A stretch of DNA of 63,758 bases, filler included, from Lama guanicoe (GCA_013239625.1; 74 parts of 74 records of this genome joined end to end with filler, not necessarily neighbours in it); one strand, 5' to 3'; counted from the first letter of the whole stretch, positions 48,887 to 62,285 are shown. Translations and numbers: made by a program. Notes: a model not told the origin generated them from the letters alone.

Positions 48887-49693
48887 CTCCAACTCGTTTT
48901 TACAGCCAAAACAGCAGGAACTTCAAACCGGCACTCAGAAACAGATTGAGAAGCCAGAGGAAGTGTTTCTCCTGCAACCCGTTCCCTTTGTGCTGGATGA
49001 ACGAACGTCTCTCCACATGCTCAGTTCTGAGAGATAAGTGTGTGTGAAAGCCGTCCTTCACCTAGCTTGAAGGGAACACAAAGTTTCNNNNNNNNNNNNN
49101 NNNNNNNNNNNNNNNNNNNNNNNNNNNNNNNNNNNNNNNNNNNNNNNNNNNNNNNNNNNNNNNNNAAACTGCAAGCAAAACGGCACTAGGAAACAGACTG
49201 AGAAAACAGAGTAAGTACTTCTCCTGCAACCCGATCCCTTTGTGCTGGATGAACGAACTTCTCTCAACATGCTCAGTTCAAAGAGAAAAGTGTATGTGAA
49301 AGCCGCCTTGAACTACCTTGAATGAAACACATAGTTTCTTTTGAGTTGCAAATCTCACTACATACATATATATGTTGAGGTGCAAGCTCCAACTCGGTTT
49401 AACAGTGAAACAGCAGGATCTTCAAACCGGCACTAGGAAACAGACTGAAAAACCAGAGTAATTGTTTCTCCTGCAAAGCGTTCCTTTTGTGCTGGATGAA
49501 CGAACGTCTCTCCACATGATCAGTTCTGAGAGATAAGTGTGTGTAAAAGCCCTCCTCCACCTAGCTTGAAGGGAAGACAAATTTTCTTTTAAGTTCCAAA
49601 TTCCAATACATACATATATATGGGGTGGTTCATGCTCCTACTCGTTTTACAGCCAAAACAGCAGGAAATTCAAACCGGCACTAGGAAACAGAC
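48887..49693 (-). repeat. 249-bp satellite (gap 49088-49165)
   Basis: ggcactaggaaacagactga and gatgaacgaacgtctctccacatg recur. Confidence 0.95.
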
Positions 49694-50300
49694 NNNNNNN
49701 NNNNNNNNNNNNNNNNNNNNNNNNNNNNNNNNNNNNNTTAATTAATTAANNNNNNNNNNNNNNNNNNNNNNNNNNNNNNNNNNNNNNNNNNNNACTCCAA
49801 CATCTTGTGTCTTATGAAAAAGTTGTCTAGACACAGAGATAGAACACCAGGTACTTGAAGAAGTCAGAGAAAGGTGTCCAAAGGAATCAATGTGAGAACT
49901 GAATTGTGAAAGCTTTGAGTTCCAGTCCAGATGAACAAGAGGAAAAAAGCACTTTTTAAGTATTTAAGTATTGGTGAATCAACTTTACACTAACATTTTT
50001 TAAACTCTTGATTTTGTCAAAAAATATAAACATCAGCAAGATGCAACTGAAATTTTTTGACATCCCTGAAGTTTTAAACAATCTAGATATATTTGCTTAA
50101 AGTTTGAGTAAAGGTTGGGAGTAAAGTCAATTATCTGCATATATTTTATTTACTTCAAATATAAAAATTTCTTGTATACCAGAAACAGAATAGAAAGTGG
50201 TTCCTCAAAAATATGTTGGTGTATATTTGTAAAATATCTACCCTTTATTGGACTATTACACTGTTCTGTACATATTTTAATTTTTCAAGAATTCAGATTT

Positions 50301-50452
50301 GAGGGGTAGGGTAGAGTTCAGTGATAGAGTGCATGCCTAGCATGCACGAGGTCCTATGTTCAAACCGGACCTCCATTAAACAAACAAACAAAAAAACAGA
50401 CCAAATTACCTTGGCCCCTACTCACCTCAAGAAAAGATTGCATTTAAAAAAA
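50301..50452 (+). mobile_element. tRNA-derived SINE, camelid vic-1-like
   Basis: tRNA-like head (agttcagtgatagagtgcatgcctagcatgcacgaggtcctatgttcaaa; A and B boxes), A-rich linker, ccaaattacc block and A tail. Degenerate TSD: aagaattcagattt (50287-50300) / aagaaattcaaaattt (50451-50466). Confidence 0.8.
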
Positions 50453-50484
50453 GAAATTCAAAATTTACATTGACACTACCAGGG

Positions 50485-50600
50485 AACTATTATCATGTTC
50501 AATTTCCTGTTGAAGAAAATGAGTTTCAGGGAGGCTTCCCCAGCTCATTTCAGATGGCAAATGTTGGGGTAGTACTAGAACTGAGCTCAAGTCCACCGAA
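50485..50600 (-). mobile_element. MIR remnant
   Basis: actattatcatgttcaatttcctgttgaagaaaatgagtttcagggagg resembles the antisense MIR core. Confidence 0.5.
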
Positions 50601-52457
50601 TTATTCTGCTGTCCCACACAGTNNNNNNNNNNNNNNNNNNNNNNNNNNNNNNNNNNNNNNNNNNNNTTAATTAATTAANNNNNNNNNNNNNNNNNNNNNN
50701 NNNNNNNNNNNNNNNNNNNNNNCTCTGATCCATATTTGATCTGATTTTCCACTTATGAAAATAGCCTGTGTCATCTAAATATGTAATCGTGTAGAAACAA
50801 GACTATTTCTGCCATCTAAATAACAGGAACTCAGGGAAGTATTTCCCTGGGTTTTGTTCTTTAATCAACCTAAGTCTCTGTGCCAGTCTTTCGTATGAAG
50901 TGGGAAAGTAATTCAGCTGTGTGTGCCACGTGACCTGAGCCAGAATAAACGCGAGTGAAATGGCTTAGGAGATATAATAAGCTCAAGGGTTTTGTTTTTT
51001 TGTTTTAATGTATTGGCTTCAATGTAAGTTGCACTTCCATAGAATGGGAAGAAAGCAGTGACTGAGAGAAGGGATATGAGCACACACTCCCACTAAACTG
51101 ATCTGTGTGTTGTGCTTTAGTGAGTGCGGGCTTATCTGTCTTACTGATCACTGAACACTCAGAATTCCATCATGGCCACTTTGACATATTCTTAAGAACA
51201 AATACATGTGCTCCCACATATTCTTGAATCAACACTTTCNNNNNNNNNNNNNNNNNNNNNNNNNNNNNNNNNNNNNNNNNNNNNNNNNNNNNNNNNNNNN
51301 NNNNNNNNNNNNNNNNNNNNNNNNNNNNNNNNNNNNNNNNNNNNNNNNNNNNNNNNNNNNNNNNNNNNNNNNNNNNNNNNNNNNNNNNNNNNNNNNNNNN
51401 NNNNNNNNNNNNNNNNATAGATTTTTAAAATGTGTGTGTTCTTTTGTGTGAGGTGCAAAGAATGTTAAAGATAGAAATCTGAAGGTGTTCTCCTTTAATA
51501 GAAAAAGGAGATGAGCCCTGCCCCCAACTTTGCCAAAATCACACTTTTAACTTACCTGATCAACTTGATGAATTTATTTGGTAGCTTATTCGATTCAGTG
51601 TTACAGAATTGTATCATCTCTTTTGACACCGTAAAATGCTGGGGAATACTGCTTTAGGGAATTTGGACAAATTGCTTAACCTTTCTTGGTTGTGTTCTCA
51701 TTATCAGTAAACAGTGGGGCTAAAGTAGATCATTCATTACTCCTATGCCATCGAGCTATAAAATGGTCTTGGTTATTGAATGTGAAATTGGGAAGCATTA
51801 TTCCTTTTGCAGAATTCCNNNNNNNNNNNNNNNNNNNNNNNNNNNNNNNNNNNNNNNNNNNNTTAATTAATTAANNNNNNNNNNNNNNNNNNNNNNNNNN
51901 NNNNNNNNNNNNNNNNNNCTTCAGCATTATCTCCCAAAAGCAAATGCAGCATTTTGGGTGGCACTAAAACGGTACGGCATCAAGGACACCAAGTTAGGTC
52001 TGCGGGATCATTCCAACAGGCCCTGATGTATGACAACCATACATATGTTTCCACTGGTGTTTCTGAAGACAGAGAAGCTCTGGGAAGAACTGGTTTCATT
52101 GGGACATCCCCATGGCACTAGAAAGCACAAGCGTACTCTGAGTTTGCTGATTTGGAAACACTCCAAAGTGACATAGATCAGAATGCAGAGCTGAGAACCT
52201 TTAGAAGCTTCATTTCCACTAAAGGAAGTGTCCTGTGCACTTTCAGATTTGCGAGATCAGCGTAATAAAAGTGAGTTTATGCTAATCGAAGTATGGGATG
52301 GATTATCACAACCAAAGTCAACCCCTGAAGTTGGAGATATGCCAGACAACACACACANNNNNNNNNNNNNNNNNNNNNNNNNNNNNNNNNNNNNNNNNNN
52401 NTTAATTAATTAANNNNNNNNNNNNNNNNNNNNNNNNNNNNNNNNNNNNNNNNNNNN

Positions 52458-53135
52458 ATATAGAATTTAGAATATGGAATGTAGAAGACAGAATATAGAA
52501 TATAGAGTACCTAATACACAATATAGATTGTAGAATATAGAATGAAGACACAAAATTTAGAATACAGAATAGAGAATATAGAACCCAGGATTTAGAACAT
52601 GAAATTCAAAGCACAGAATTTAGAATGAAGAATACAGAATACTGAATATAGAATTTAGAATATAGAATGCAGAACACAGAATACAGAATAGAAAATAAAG
52701 AACCCAGAATATAGGACATGGAATGCAGAACACCCAATTTCGTATATAGAAAACAGAATACTGAATATGGAATTTTGAACATGGAATGCAGAACACAGAA
52801 TTTTGAATATAGAATACAGAAAGCTGAATATAGAATGTAGAATATAGAATGTAGAACATAGAATATAGAATATAGAATAAAGAATATTGAACCCTGAATT
52901 TTGAACATGGAATGCATAACACAGAATTTAGAATATAGAATACAGAATACTGAATATAGAATTTAGAATATAGTATGTAGAACACAGTATAAAGAATATA
53001 GAATACGGAATGCAGAATATAGAATGTAGAAAATATAGAATAAATAGAATATAGAATATGGAAATGAGAATACACAACCCAGAATCTAGAACATGGAATT
53101 CAGAACACAGAATATAGAATATAGAATAGAGAATA
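52458..53135 (-). repeat. AT-rich heptamer satellite
   Basis: AGAATAT periodicity. Confidence 0.95.
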
Positions 53136-54303
53136 NNNNNNNNNNNNNNNNNNNNNNNNNNNNNNNNNNNNNNNNNNNNTTAATTAATTAANNNNNNNNN
53201 NNNNNNNNNNNNNNNNNNNNNNNNNNNNNNNNNNNCTGCTTGTATGTGTGCTAGTCACCGGGTCTCATTGTAAGTGGCTCGGAATTGCCCGTCACAGCCT
53301 TGGGCCCTTAGAAAAAATTAACGCTTAAATGTGTACTGAAAAAGTCTAATTTTGTCACATGTCAGTTAAGTTTTTTTTTTAGTCTGATGAGAATTTTTCC
53401 TAGTCTGAAGATGATTTATATCTGGTAACATTCTATCTCGGCTGTGGACGTGACTTAAGTCTCTACTAGGTAAAATGTCAAGTCCACTTATTATATATTT
53501 TTTTCCTTTCTTAAGTAAAATTCAAGTACTAATATTATTGGAATTAGCATCCTGGGTCCAGGTTATGACTTTTTATCGTCAGTTTGATGATATTTCATAT
53601 AAGAGTTTAATCTACATTGTGCATTATTAGTATTTAGTAAATGTTGGTTAACGATGCTGGGTTTTTGAAGGATTTCTTGATTGAATTATTAATAATATTT
53701 GAAGAACTGATGCTTTAAGAAGCTTAATGTTTCCAGAAGGACTTAAAATTTTAAGGAAGAAATTTTTTTTNNNNNNNNNNNNNNNNNNNNNNNNNNNNNN
53801 NNNNNNNNNNNNNNNNNNNNNNNNNNNNNNNNNNNNNNNNNNNNNNNNNNNNNNNNNNNNNNNNNNNNNNNNNNNNNNNNNNNNNNNNNNNNNNNNNNNN
53901 NNNNNNNNNNNNNNNNNNNNNNNNNNNNNNNNNNNNNNNNNNNNNNNNNNNNNNNNNNNNNNNNNNNNNNNNNNNNNNNNNNNNNNNNNNNNNNNNNNNN
54001 NNNNNNNNNNNNNNNNNNNNNNNNNAATGGAGAAGCATCAGAGTGTTTGAAGAGAGGCAGGCACATGATCAGTTTTGAAATTCTGGGAGCATCTAGATTG
54101 ACACATGTGGAAATGACAGGAGGAAATTGAGGTGGGGAATCAGCTAGACTCGTGACCTCCTAAAGGTGAAGTGAGGTAGAGGTGTGGAGGATGGAGATGT
54201 TAGNNNNNNNNNNNNNNNNNNNNNNNNNNNNNNNNNNNNNNNNNNNNTTAATTAATTAANNNNNNNNNNNNNNNNNNNNNNNNNNNNNNNNNNNNNNNNN
54301 NNN

Positions 54304-54514
54304 TAGACTGGGATTTCAAAATTGAAGAATAGATAAACAAGATTACACTATATAGCACAGGGAAATCTACACAAAATGTTACGATAACTCACAGAGAAAA
54401 AAATGTGACAATGAGTGTGTATATGTCCATGAATGACTGAAAAATTGTGCTGAACACTGGAATTTGACACAACATTGTAAAATGATTATAAATCAATAAA
54501 AAATGTTTAAAAAA
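54304..54514 (+). mobile_element. LINE-1 3' terminus with AATAAA (54495-54500) and A tail
   Basis: tagataaacaagattacactatatagcacagggaa...gacacaacattgtaaaatgattataaatcaataaaaaa. Confidence 0.88.
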
Positions 54515-55176
54515 CCCCCCAAAAACCATAATGTTACTACATTGTTAAATTGTTAAATTGCCAAAATAATTGAAAAAAAAGTAAAATCTTGCAAAATTAT
54601 TTTTCGGCAGGTGGGACAGCAGAGAGGTTTGTTTTCTTTATGTGTTTATTGGATATTTTTTTCTCTTACTCTGGAAATTGCCTATTCATGTCTTCATTTT
54701 TGTTTTGTTGACTGTGAAGGCTATTTTGAGGGGTCAATAATGGATGTCAATTTTTGCTTACGGATGTATGGCCATTTGTTTTCAGGGAATTATGTCCTCT
54801 GCATTTTTAGACAGTGTATTTTGCATATAGAATAAATATCAAGGTTTTCCTTCACACAATCATTTCTAATCACCATACATGAGAATATTTTCTTCAATAG
54901 AACATTACAAAAGTCACCCATGGGTATTTTTTTCTTGTGGTGTTATAGTTTGTTTACTACATGTAATTAAAAAAATCTATATAACGCCTTTTGTTGTGTG
55001 GAGTGAGAGACATCCAGTTTCCATCAGAGCAATCCATTTTTTCATGACAGATCTGGAATGCCGGCTTTATGAGCTANNNNNNNNNNNNNNNNNNNNNNNN
55101 NNNNNNNNNNNNNNNNNNNNTTAATTAATTAANNNNNNNNNNNNNNNNNNNNNNNNNNNNNNNNNNNNNNNNNNNN

Positions 55177-55790
55177 TCGTGGGACAGGTGGCCCATAGTT
55201 TTCCGTGCCTGAGTGTCGGAGCCAGACGACAATCGATCAGGTCCAGACACCTGTGCCATAGGACTGAGAAAAGAAAGACAAGACTAGAAGGTGGGGTTGA
55301 GAGGGTCTCACTCTAGCCCGCAAGACGCTAAGCCAAGAGTGGACCTCGAGTTTATTTCAGGCAGTTAATTTATACAAATCCATCTGACTACCTCGTGCAT
55401 TCTTGCATGTAGGCACAGGTATTGTTTTATGGTTTAAACACAGTGTGTACTAAACTCATTAACTTGTGCATTGTTCTATAGATCAATGTTGTTTATAATA
55501 CTCATAAACTAGGGTATATGTTCCCAGAAACCAAGATCACTAACTAAGGTTAATGTTTCTATAAACTAAGATCACTAACTTGTATGCTGATTGTATCTCT
55601 CTGTTCAAAGATCATCAGTAGCTTAATGGCTCAGGATGTTCCTAGGGCTTTTAGATCACCTGGTGTATTCTTTCCTGAAAAGGGGTGGCGGGACAGAGTT
55701 AGATCAATCTCAGAGCCTGACGCCAGCTCTTTGGGATTTATTGTCCCGTTCTGTGCTCGGCAGTCCTCAGGTCATGAGTGGCTCCCCGCA
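55177..55790 (-). mobile_element. Near-complete ERV2 (betaretrovirus-like) LTR
   Basis: Minus strand starts TGCGGGGAGC (55790). TATAAAT (55374-55368) is closely followed by AATAAA (55356-55351). There is a U3 direct repeat aagatcactaact x2. The 3' tip is cut by the scaffold end. Confidence 0.7.
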
Positions 55791-55976
55791 CCTGAGATTG
55801 CCCCCTCCTCCCCAGTCTTCTTCCTCCGTCCAGGATGAAATTCCCTAGTAGATTTACACAGAGGTCTTGTGGAAATNNNNNNNNNNNNNNNNNNNNNNNN
55901 NNNNNNNNNNNNNNNNNNNNTTAATTAATTAANNNNNNNNNNNNNNNNNNNNNNNNNNNNNNNNNNNNNNNNNNNN

Positions 55977-56738
55977 AGAAAATAGAACCAAGAATTAAGA
56001 ACATGGAATATGGAACACAGAATTTCGAATATAGAATATAGAATACTCTATATAGAATTTAGAATATAGAATGTAGAACACAGAATATATAATATAGAAT
56101 ACGGAATACTGAGTTTACAATTTAGAATATAGAATGTAGAACACAGAATATAGAATATAGTATAAGGAATGCATAATATAGAATACAGAATATATATTGT
56201 AGAACACAGAATATAGAATATGGGAAACAGAATACAGAACCCAGAAACTAGAACATGGAATGCAGGACACAGAATTTAGAGTATAGAATACAGAATAATG
56301 AATATAGGATTTAGAATATAGAATGTAGAAAACAGAATATATAATATAGAATAGAGAATATATAACACAGAATTTAGAACATGAAACGCAGAACACAGAA
56401 TTTAGAATATAGAATACAGAATACTGAATATAGAATTTCGAATATAGAATGTAGAACACAGAATATAGAATAGAGAAAAGAGAATATATAACCCAGAATT
56501 CAGAACAAGAACACATAATTTAGAATATAGAATGAAGAACACAGAGTTTAGTATATAGAATACTGCATGCAGAAAATAGAATTAAAATATAGAATGAAGA
56601 ACACAGAAAAGAGAATAGAGAATATAGAAGCCAGAATTAAAACACGAAATGCAGAACACATAATTTAGAATATACTATACAGAATACTTAATGTACAATT
56701 TAGAAAATAGAAAGTAGGACACAGAATATAGAATATAG
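55977..56738 (-). repeat. AT-rich heptamer satellite
   Basis: AGAATAT periodicity. Confidence 0.95.
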
Positions 56739-56838
56739 NNNNNNNNNNNNNNNNNNNNNNNNNNNNNNNNNNNNNNNNNNNNTTAATTAATTAANNNNNN
56801 NNNNNNNNNNNNNNNNNNNNNNNNNNNNNNNNNNNNNN

Positions 56839-57270
56839 TCCCTGAACTTGGGGAGGCAGCTTCTGTCACTGGGATTTCCTGCAAAACCCCATAGCATTCC
56901 CTGGCAAAGAGACATTATGAAAAAACCAATTGGAGACGAGCTTAGGCATTCCGTTAAAACTCACGCGCTGCCGACCATTGGTGGAACCTCCTCACGCTCA
57001 GTATTCCGGAACAATTGTCAGTGCGTGGGGAGCTCGAGAGACAACTCCATGCAGCTCTCTTCAGTCACAGGTGTTCCCTGTTAGGGGNNNNNNNNNNNNN
57101 NNNNNNNNNNNNNNNNNNNNNNNNNNNNNNNNNNNNNNNNNNNNNNNNNNNNNNNNNNNNNNNNNNNNNNNNNNNNNNNNNNNNNNNNNNNNNNNNNNNN
57201 NNNNNNGGCTTAGGCATTCCATTAGAACCCACGTGCTGACGACCGTTGGTGGAACCTCCCCACGCTCAGG
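56839..57270 (+). repeat. 267-bp satellite (gap 57088-57206)
   Basis: Same unit as 11316. Confidence 0.94.
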
Positions 57271-57370
57271 NNNNNNNNNNNNNNNNNNNNNNNNNNNNNN
57301 NNNNNNNNNNNNNNTTAATTAATTAANNNNNNNNNNNNNNNNNNNNNNNNNNNNNNNNNNNNNNNNNNNN

Positions 57371-58287
57371 TTTGTGGGAAGGTTTCAGTTTTTCACAATT
57401 GAGTATTTTGCTGGCTATAAATTTGTCATAATTAGTTTTTACTATGTTGAGATATGGTCCCTCTATTCCCACTGTGATAAGAACTTTTATTGCAAATAGG
57501 TGTTAAATTTTATCAAATGCTTTCTCTGCATCTACTGAGATGCTCATGTGGTTTTTTGTCCTCTCTGTTGTTGATATGGTGTATCACAATTGATTGATTG
57601 ATTTACGTATGATAAACCATCATTTTTTTCCTGGGATGAACCTAAGTTGACTACGGTGTATAATCTTTTTTTACATGCTGTTGGATTCAGTATGTAATAA
57701 TTTCTTAAGGACATTTACATTTATGTTTATCAATGATATTTGCCTATAGATTTCTCTTGGGGCAGTGTCTTTGTCTGAAATCAGATTGAAGTTGGCCTTA
57801 CAGTGTGAGTTTGGGAATACTCTATATCAATCTTTTGGAAGAGTTTGAGGAGGACTGATATGTATTATTCTTTGTATGTTTGTTTCAATTCCGAAGTGAA
57901 GCTATTTGGGTCTGAATTTGTTTGCAGAGATTTTTTATTTTATTGATAATTTTTTTCGATTTCTGGTGATCGGACTGTTCAAATGGTTAATTTCTTCTTG
58001 ATGCAATATAGGTGGGCTGAATATTTCCAAAAACTTCTCCATTATTTCCTGGTTATCCAGTTTGTTTCCATACATTTGCTCATGGTATTCACTTATGATA
58101 TTATGCAAATTTGTTGTACACGTTTTAGTTTCTCCATTTTCATTTATTATGTTAATTGTGTTCTCTCCTTTTTTTGTTGGTGGGTCTGTCCAGAGTTTTG
58201 TCAATTTGTTTGCTATTTCAAAAAAGAGTTTGATTGATTTTTTTCTATTTTCTAATCTGTAATTCAATTTTTCTTCCTTGATCTTTC
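57371..58287 (-). mobile_element. Degenerate LINE-1 ORF2 (Z-domain to RT)
   Basis: FFEIANKL...IISEYHEQMYGNKLDNQEIMEKFLE...QEEINHLNSPIT. Confidence 0.93.
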
Positions 58288-58387
58288 NNNNNNNNNNNNN
58301 NNNNNNNNNNNNNNNNNNNNNNNNNNNNNNNTTAATTAATTAANNNNNNNNNNNNNNNNNNNNNNNNNNNNNNNNNNNNNNNNNNNN

Positions 58388-59010
58388 TGTTAATAATATT
58401 TTGTAGAATTTTTGCATGTAAATCTATCAAATATAACGGCTTCAATTTGCCTTTGCCTCTACTTTTTTTGTTGGTTTAGCTATCAGGGTGATGAAAGCTT
58501 CATAGAAATAATTTTGGAGTTTCCCACACCTTCACAATTTTTGAATAGTTTGAAGAGTATAAGTTCTGCTTTGTATTTTTTTATAGTTCTCCAAGGGAGC
58601 TGTTTATATCTGCACTTCTATTCAACAATTTTTTATTCAACAATTTTTTTAAATGCAGATTCTATCTTTCTTCTAGTAATCAGTTTATTCAAATTATTTG
58701 TTTCTCCTTATCTCTGTCTATTTTGAGACATTTGTCTATTTCTTCTAAGTTGTCCAGTTTATTGGCATGTAATTGGTGACAAAATGTTCCCTTTTTTGTA
58801 TATCTGAGGGAACAATTGTTATTTCTCCAATTTTATTTCTGAATTTATTTCTTTGGAGCATCTCTCTTTTCTTCATGATGCACCAGGCTAGAGGTTTCTT
58901 GATTTTGCTTTTCTTAAAAAGAAAACAAAAAACAAAATCTTTGGTTTTAATACTTTTTGAATAGTTTTTACTCTCTAATTTATATTAACACCTGTAATAT
59001 TTAGGATCAT
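58388..59010 (-). mobile_element. Old LINE-1 ORF2 remnant
   Basis: tctatttcttctaagttgtccagtttattggcatgtaattg and related antisense L1 motifs. Confidence 0.8.
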
Positions 59011-59173
59011 GTTTTTTTCTTTTTTTAACTTTTTTTAATTGATTTTTAATCATTTTACAAAGTTGTCTCAAAGTCCATTTTAGAGCACAATTTTTTATGT
59101 ACAATGAACATATATACATTTTTCTCCCATTTTTTCCCCTGTGAGTTGCTGTTAAAACATTTTATATATTTCC
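59011..59173 (-). mobile_element. Younger L1 3' terminus with poly(A), following older L1 sequence
   Basis: T-rich tail, then sequence nearly identical to 1344-1455. Confidence 0.85.
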
Positions 59174-59865
59174 NNNNNNNNNNNNNNNNNNNNNNNNNNN
59201 NNNNNNNNNNNNNNNNNTTAATTAATTAANNNNNNNNNNNNNNNNNNNNNNNNNNNNNNNNNNNNNNNNNNNNCAACCCTGCTGCCGTTATGCCAGTCTA
59301 TTGAGAACCAGGTGTTCTTCTAACAGTGATGAGAACGATTAATCTTCCTATCATTTTGGGTAAAGCCATTTAACGCAACCAAGTCTGCACCCCCATGATA
59401 TAGTGCCCCCGGGGGCTTGACTCAATTGAAAGACTATCCACAGAAGCTGTGTCTTTAATGTCATTGGCGACTTTTACAGTACAGTTCACTTTCTGACATG
59501 TACTATTTACCTATACTGTCTTGAAAAACTGAGGCCTAATACAGATACAGATTCAAGTCAAAGATCCCCCTCACTTACCACACTCCCTTCACCCCAGGGA
59601 AGACATAAACACAACATTTGCTGAATCTAGCGGAAGGCCATCGTTTCTAGGCGTGAGCTAAGTATTCAATTCCTATTGATTTCAGCCGAGACTATTTGAC
59701 TTTTAAGGAGTTCACAGTTGTTCACAGAGTGTGAAGCTGGAAGAACTCTGATTCTAGGAGGGGCTNNNNNNNNNNNNNNNNNNNNNNNNNNNNNNNNNNN
59801 NNNNNNNNNTTAATTAATTAANNNNNNNNNNNNNNNNNNNNNNNNNNNNNNNNNNNNNNNNNNNN

Positions 59866-60394
59866 ATGACAGATATTTCAACCACAAAACATGTTACTTA
59901 TGCACTTTGAAATACTTCCATGGACTTCGATGCTTCTCCTATCACCAGTTTGAAGAATCACACTTTGATCACAGGGAAACACTCTTGGAGCGAATTCTAC
60001 CCTAGAGATATGTAATTTGAATAGATTCCTTCAACATGATATTCCATGTTCCGTACATGTTACATGCATGACGGATTCGACAAACATGCATTCCTGAGTT
60101 GTGAGCATGTGGATTAGTGATTTCATCCTCTATAAAAGGAATAATTTCATATAGACTCGTGTACACATTTTCACAAGCTTTCCCTAACACAAGTTTCGAA
60201 TTCGTTCTTTTTTCACAGAAGAATACTTCTGGAGTGTATTCAAAGTAATAGATATATAAATTACATGAATTCCACCAAAATGGCATTCCGGGTTCCGTAC
60301 ATGATAAATGCCTGACGGATTAGAGAAACATGGGTTTCTGTGATATGAGAATGTGGATTAGTGAACTTTCATCCACCAAAGGAGGCATATATTA
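59866..60394 (+). repeat. ~747-bp satellite (end of C, all of A, start of B)
   Basis: Ungapped C-A-B order; monomer A matches 5494-5740. Confidence 0.9.
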
Positions 60395-60494
60395 NNNNNN
60401 NNNNNNNNNNNNNNNNNNNNNNNNNNNNNNNNNNNNNNTTAATTAATTAANNNNNNNNNNNNNNNNNNNNNNNNNNNNNNNNNNNNNNNNNNNN

Positions 60495-61162
60495 TTCTGT
60501 TTTTCATATTCTAAATTCTGTGTTCTACATTCTATATTCTGTACTCAATATTGTGCATTCCGTAATCTATATTCTATACTCTGTGTTCTACATTCTATAT
60601 TCTAAATTCTATATTCAGTATTCTGTATTCTATATTCTAAATATTGTGTTCTGCATTCCATGTTCTAAATGATGGGTTCTATATTCTATAATCTATATTC
60701 TATATTCTGTGTTCTTCATTGAGTTTTCTAAATTCTATATTCAGTATTCCGTTCTCTATATTCTATATTCTGGGTTCTGCATTCCATGTTCTAAAATCTA
60801 TATTCAGTTTTCTGTATTCTATATTCTATATTCTGAATTCTGCTATCCATGTTCTAAATTATATATTCAGTATTCTGTATTCTATATTCTAATTGCTGTG
60901 TTCCGCATTATATGTTCTAAATTCTATATTAAGTATTCTATCTATATTGTAAATTCTGTGTTCCGCATTCTATGTTCTAAATTCTTTATTCAGTATTCTA
61001 TATTCTTTATTCTAAATTCTGTGTTCGGCATTCCATGTTCAAAATACTGGGTCTACATTCTATATACTATAATCTATATTGTGTATTCTACATTCTATAT
61101 TCTTAATTCTATGTTCAGCATTCTGTATTTTATATTCCAAATTTTGTGTTCTGCATTCCATG
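60495..61162 (+). repeat. AT-rich heptamer satellite
   Basis: ATTCTAT periodicity. Confidence 0.95.
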
Positions 61163-62220
61163 NNNNNNNNNNNNNNNNNNNNNNNNNNNNNNNNNNNNNN
61201 NNNNNNTTAATTAATTAANNNNNNNNNNNNNNNNNNNNNNNNNNNNNNNNNNNNNNNNNNNNTGTCCAATTGGTGTCATCCAGCAGGGACATTAGGTGAG
61301 GCACCTAAGCTCCTGTGGTGGTTTCTTCCATCAGCCCTTAACTTCCTTGGGAGCCAGGACTGTCTCATTGCCCCAAGGATCATTAATGCCTAGTGAGATG
61401 CCTGATACAGCTGGTACTTAACGAGCACATCGGTCAAATGGTAAAACCTGATTAAAGAAAAGACCCTCATTTTTCAGACATGCCTACTTGAGTACAAAGG
61501 GTAAAATGACATGTCTTCTTGGATTTGCTGTCAAATACTTCAACAAAGGACAAATAAAAGAACAAAGGTCTTAATAAAGGAAATATGGAAAAGTTTGTGA
61601 ATTCCTTAATCTGGGTGATGGGCTTATTGTACTATACTTACTGGTGTATACTTAAGTTAGTTTATAATTTTACTGTCATTAGCGGAATACCAAGTATTGA
61701 TACGTATAAATTGAAATACTTAGAACTGACCAAACTTACCCCACACAAAATCCTTAATATTCTAGTAGTCTGTCTTACAGAAATCTTTTCCCACAAAGAC
61801 AGGAAAAAATGGAAAGGCAGATCCGTGCAGTATATCCACGTTGTCAAAACACCAAAGGCCGACACAAAAGAAGAAAGCGATTCTAAAAAAGATAAAGAGG
61901 CTGAAATCAATGTCCGGAAAACCTAGTTAAGAATCCTAAATGGCCGAACTTAACTAACCTCAGCACTGCCACATCAAGAATGGGGCAAATAGCACCTAGT
62001 GGATTTTTTTTAAATAAATAAATAATGATCCAGTTCTTACCACAGGCAATTATGATAAGACTGAGTATAACTTCTAACAACAAATAGTGTACAAATTATA
62101 ATTTCTACTTGATTCAAACTNNNNNNNNNNNNNNNNNNNNNNNNNNNNNNNNNNNNNNNNNNNNTTAATTAATTAANNNNNNNNNNNNNNNNNNNNNNNN
62201 NNNNNNNNNNNNNNNNNNNN

Positions 62221-62285
62221 TAAGTTAGGCATTATGCCCATTTTACAGGTGAGGAATCTGAGATGTAAAGTAATTCGCTTCCAAC
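62221..62285 (-). mobile_element. MIR core fragment
   Basis: cattatgcccattttacaggtgaggaatctgag. Confidence 0.7.

Noticed and set aside
50301..50375. tRNA gene
   Set aside because: Degenerate stems, a SINE-type tail and a target-site duplication indicate a SINE.
59325..59500. C/D box snoRNA candidate (GTGATGA...CTGA); similar motifs at 53385-53408
   Set aside because: Box spacing is atypical, and I found no terminal stem or recognisable rRNA guide.
61585..61926. 113-aa ATG ORF
   Set aside because: It starts in what looks like an old L1 3' UTR remnant and has no recognisable homology or splice context.
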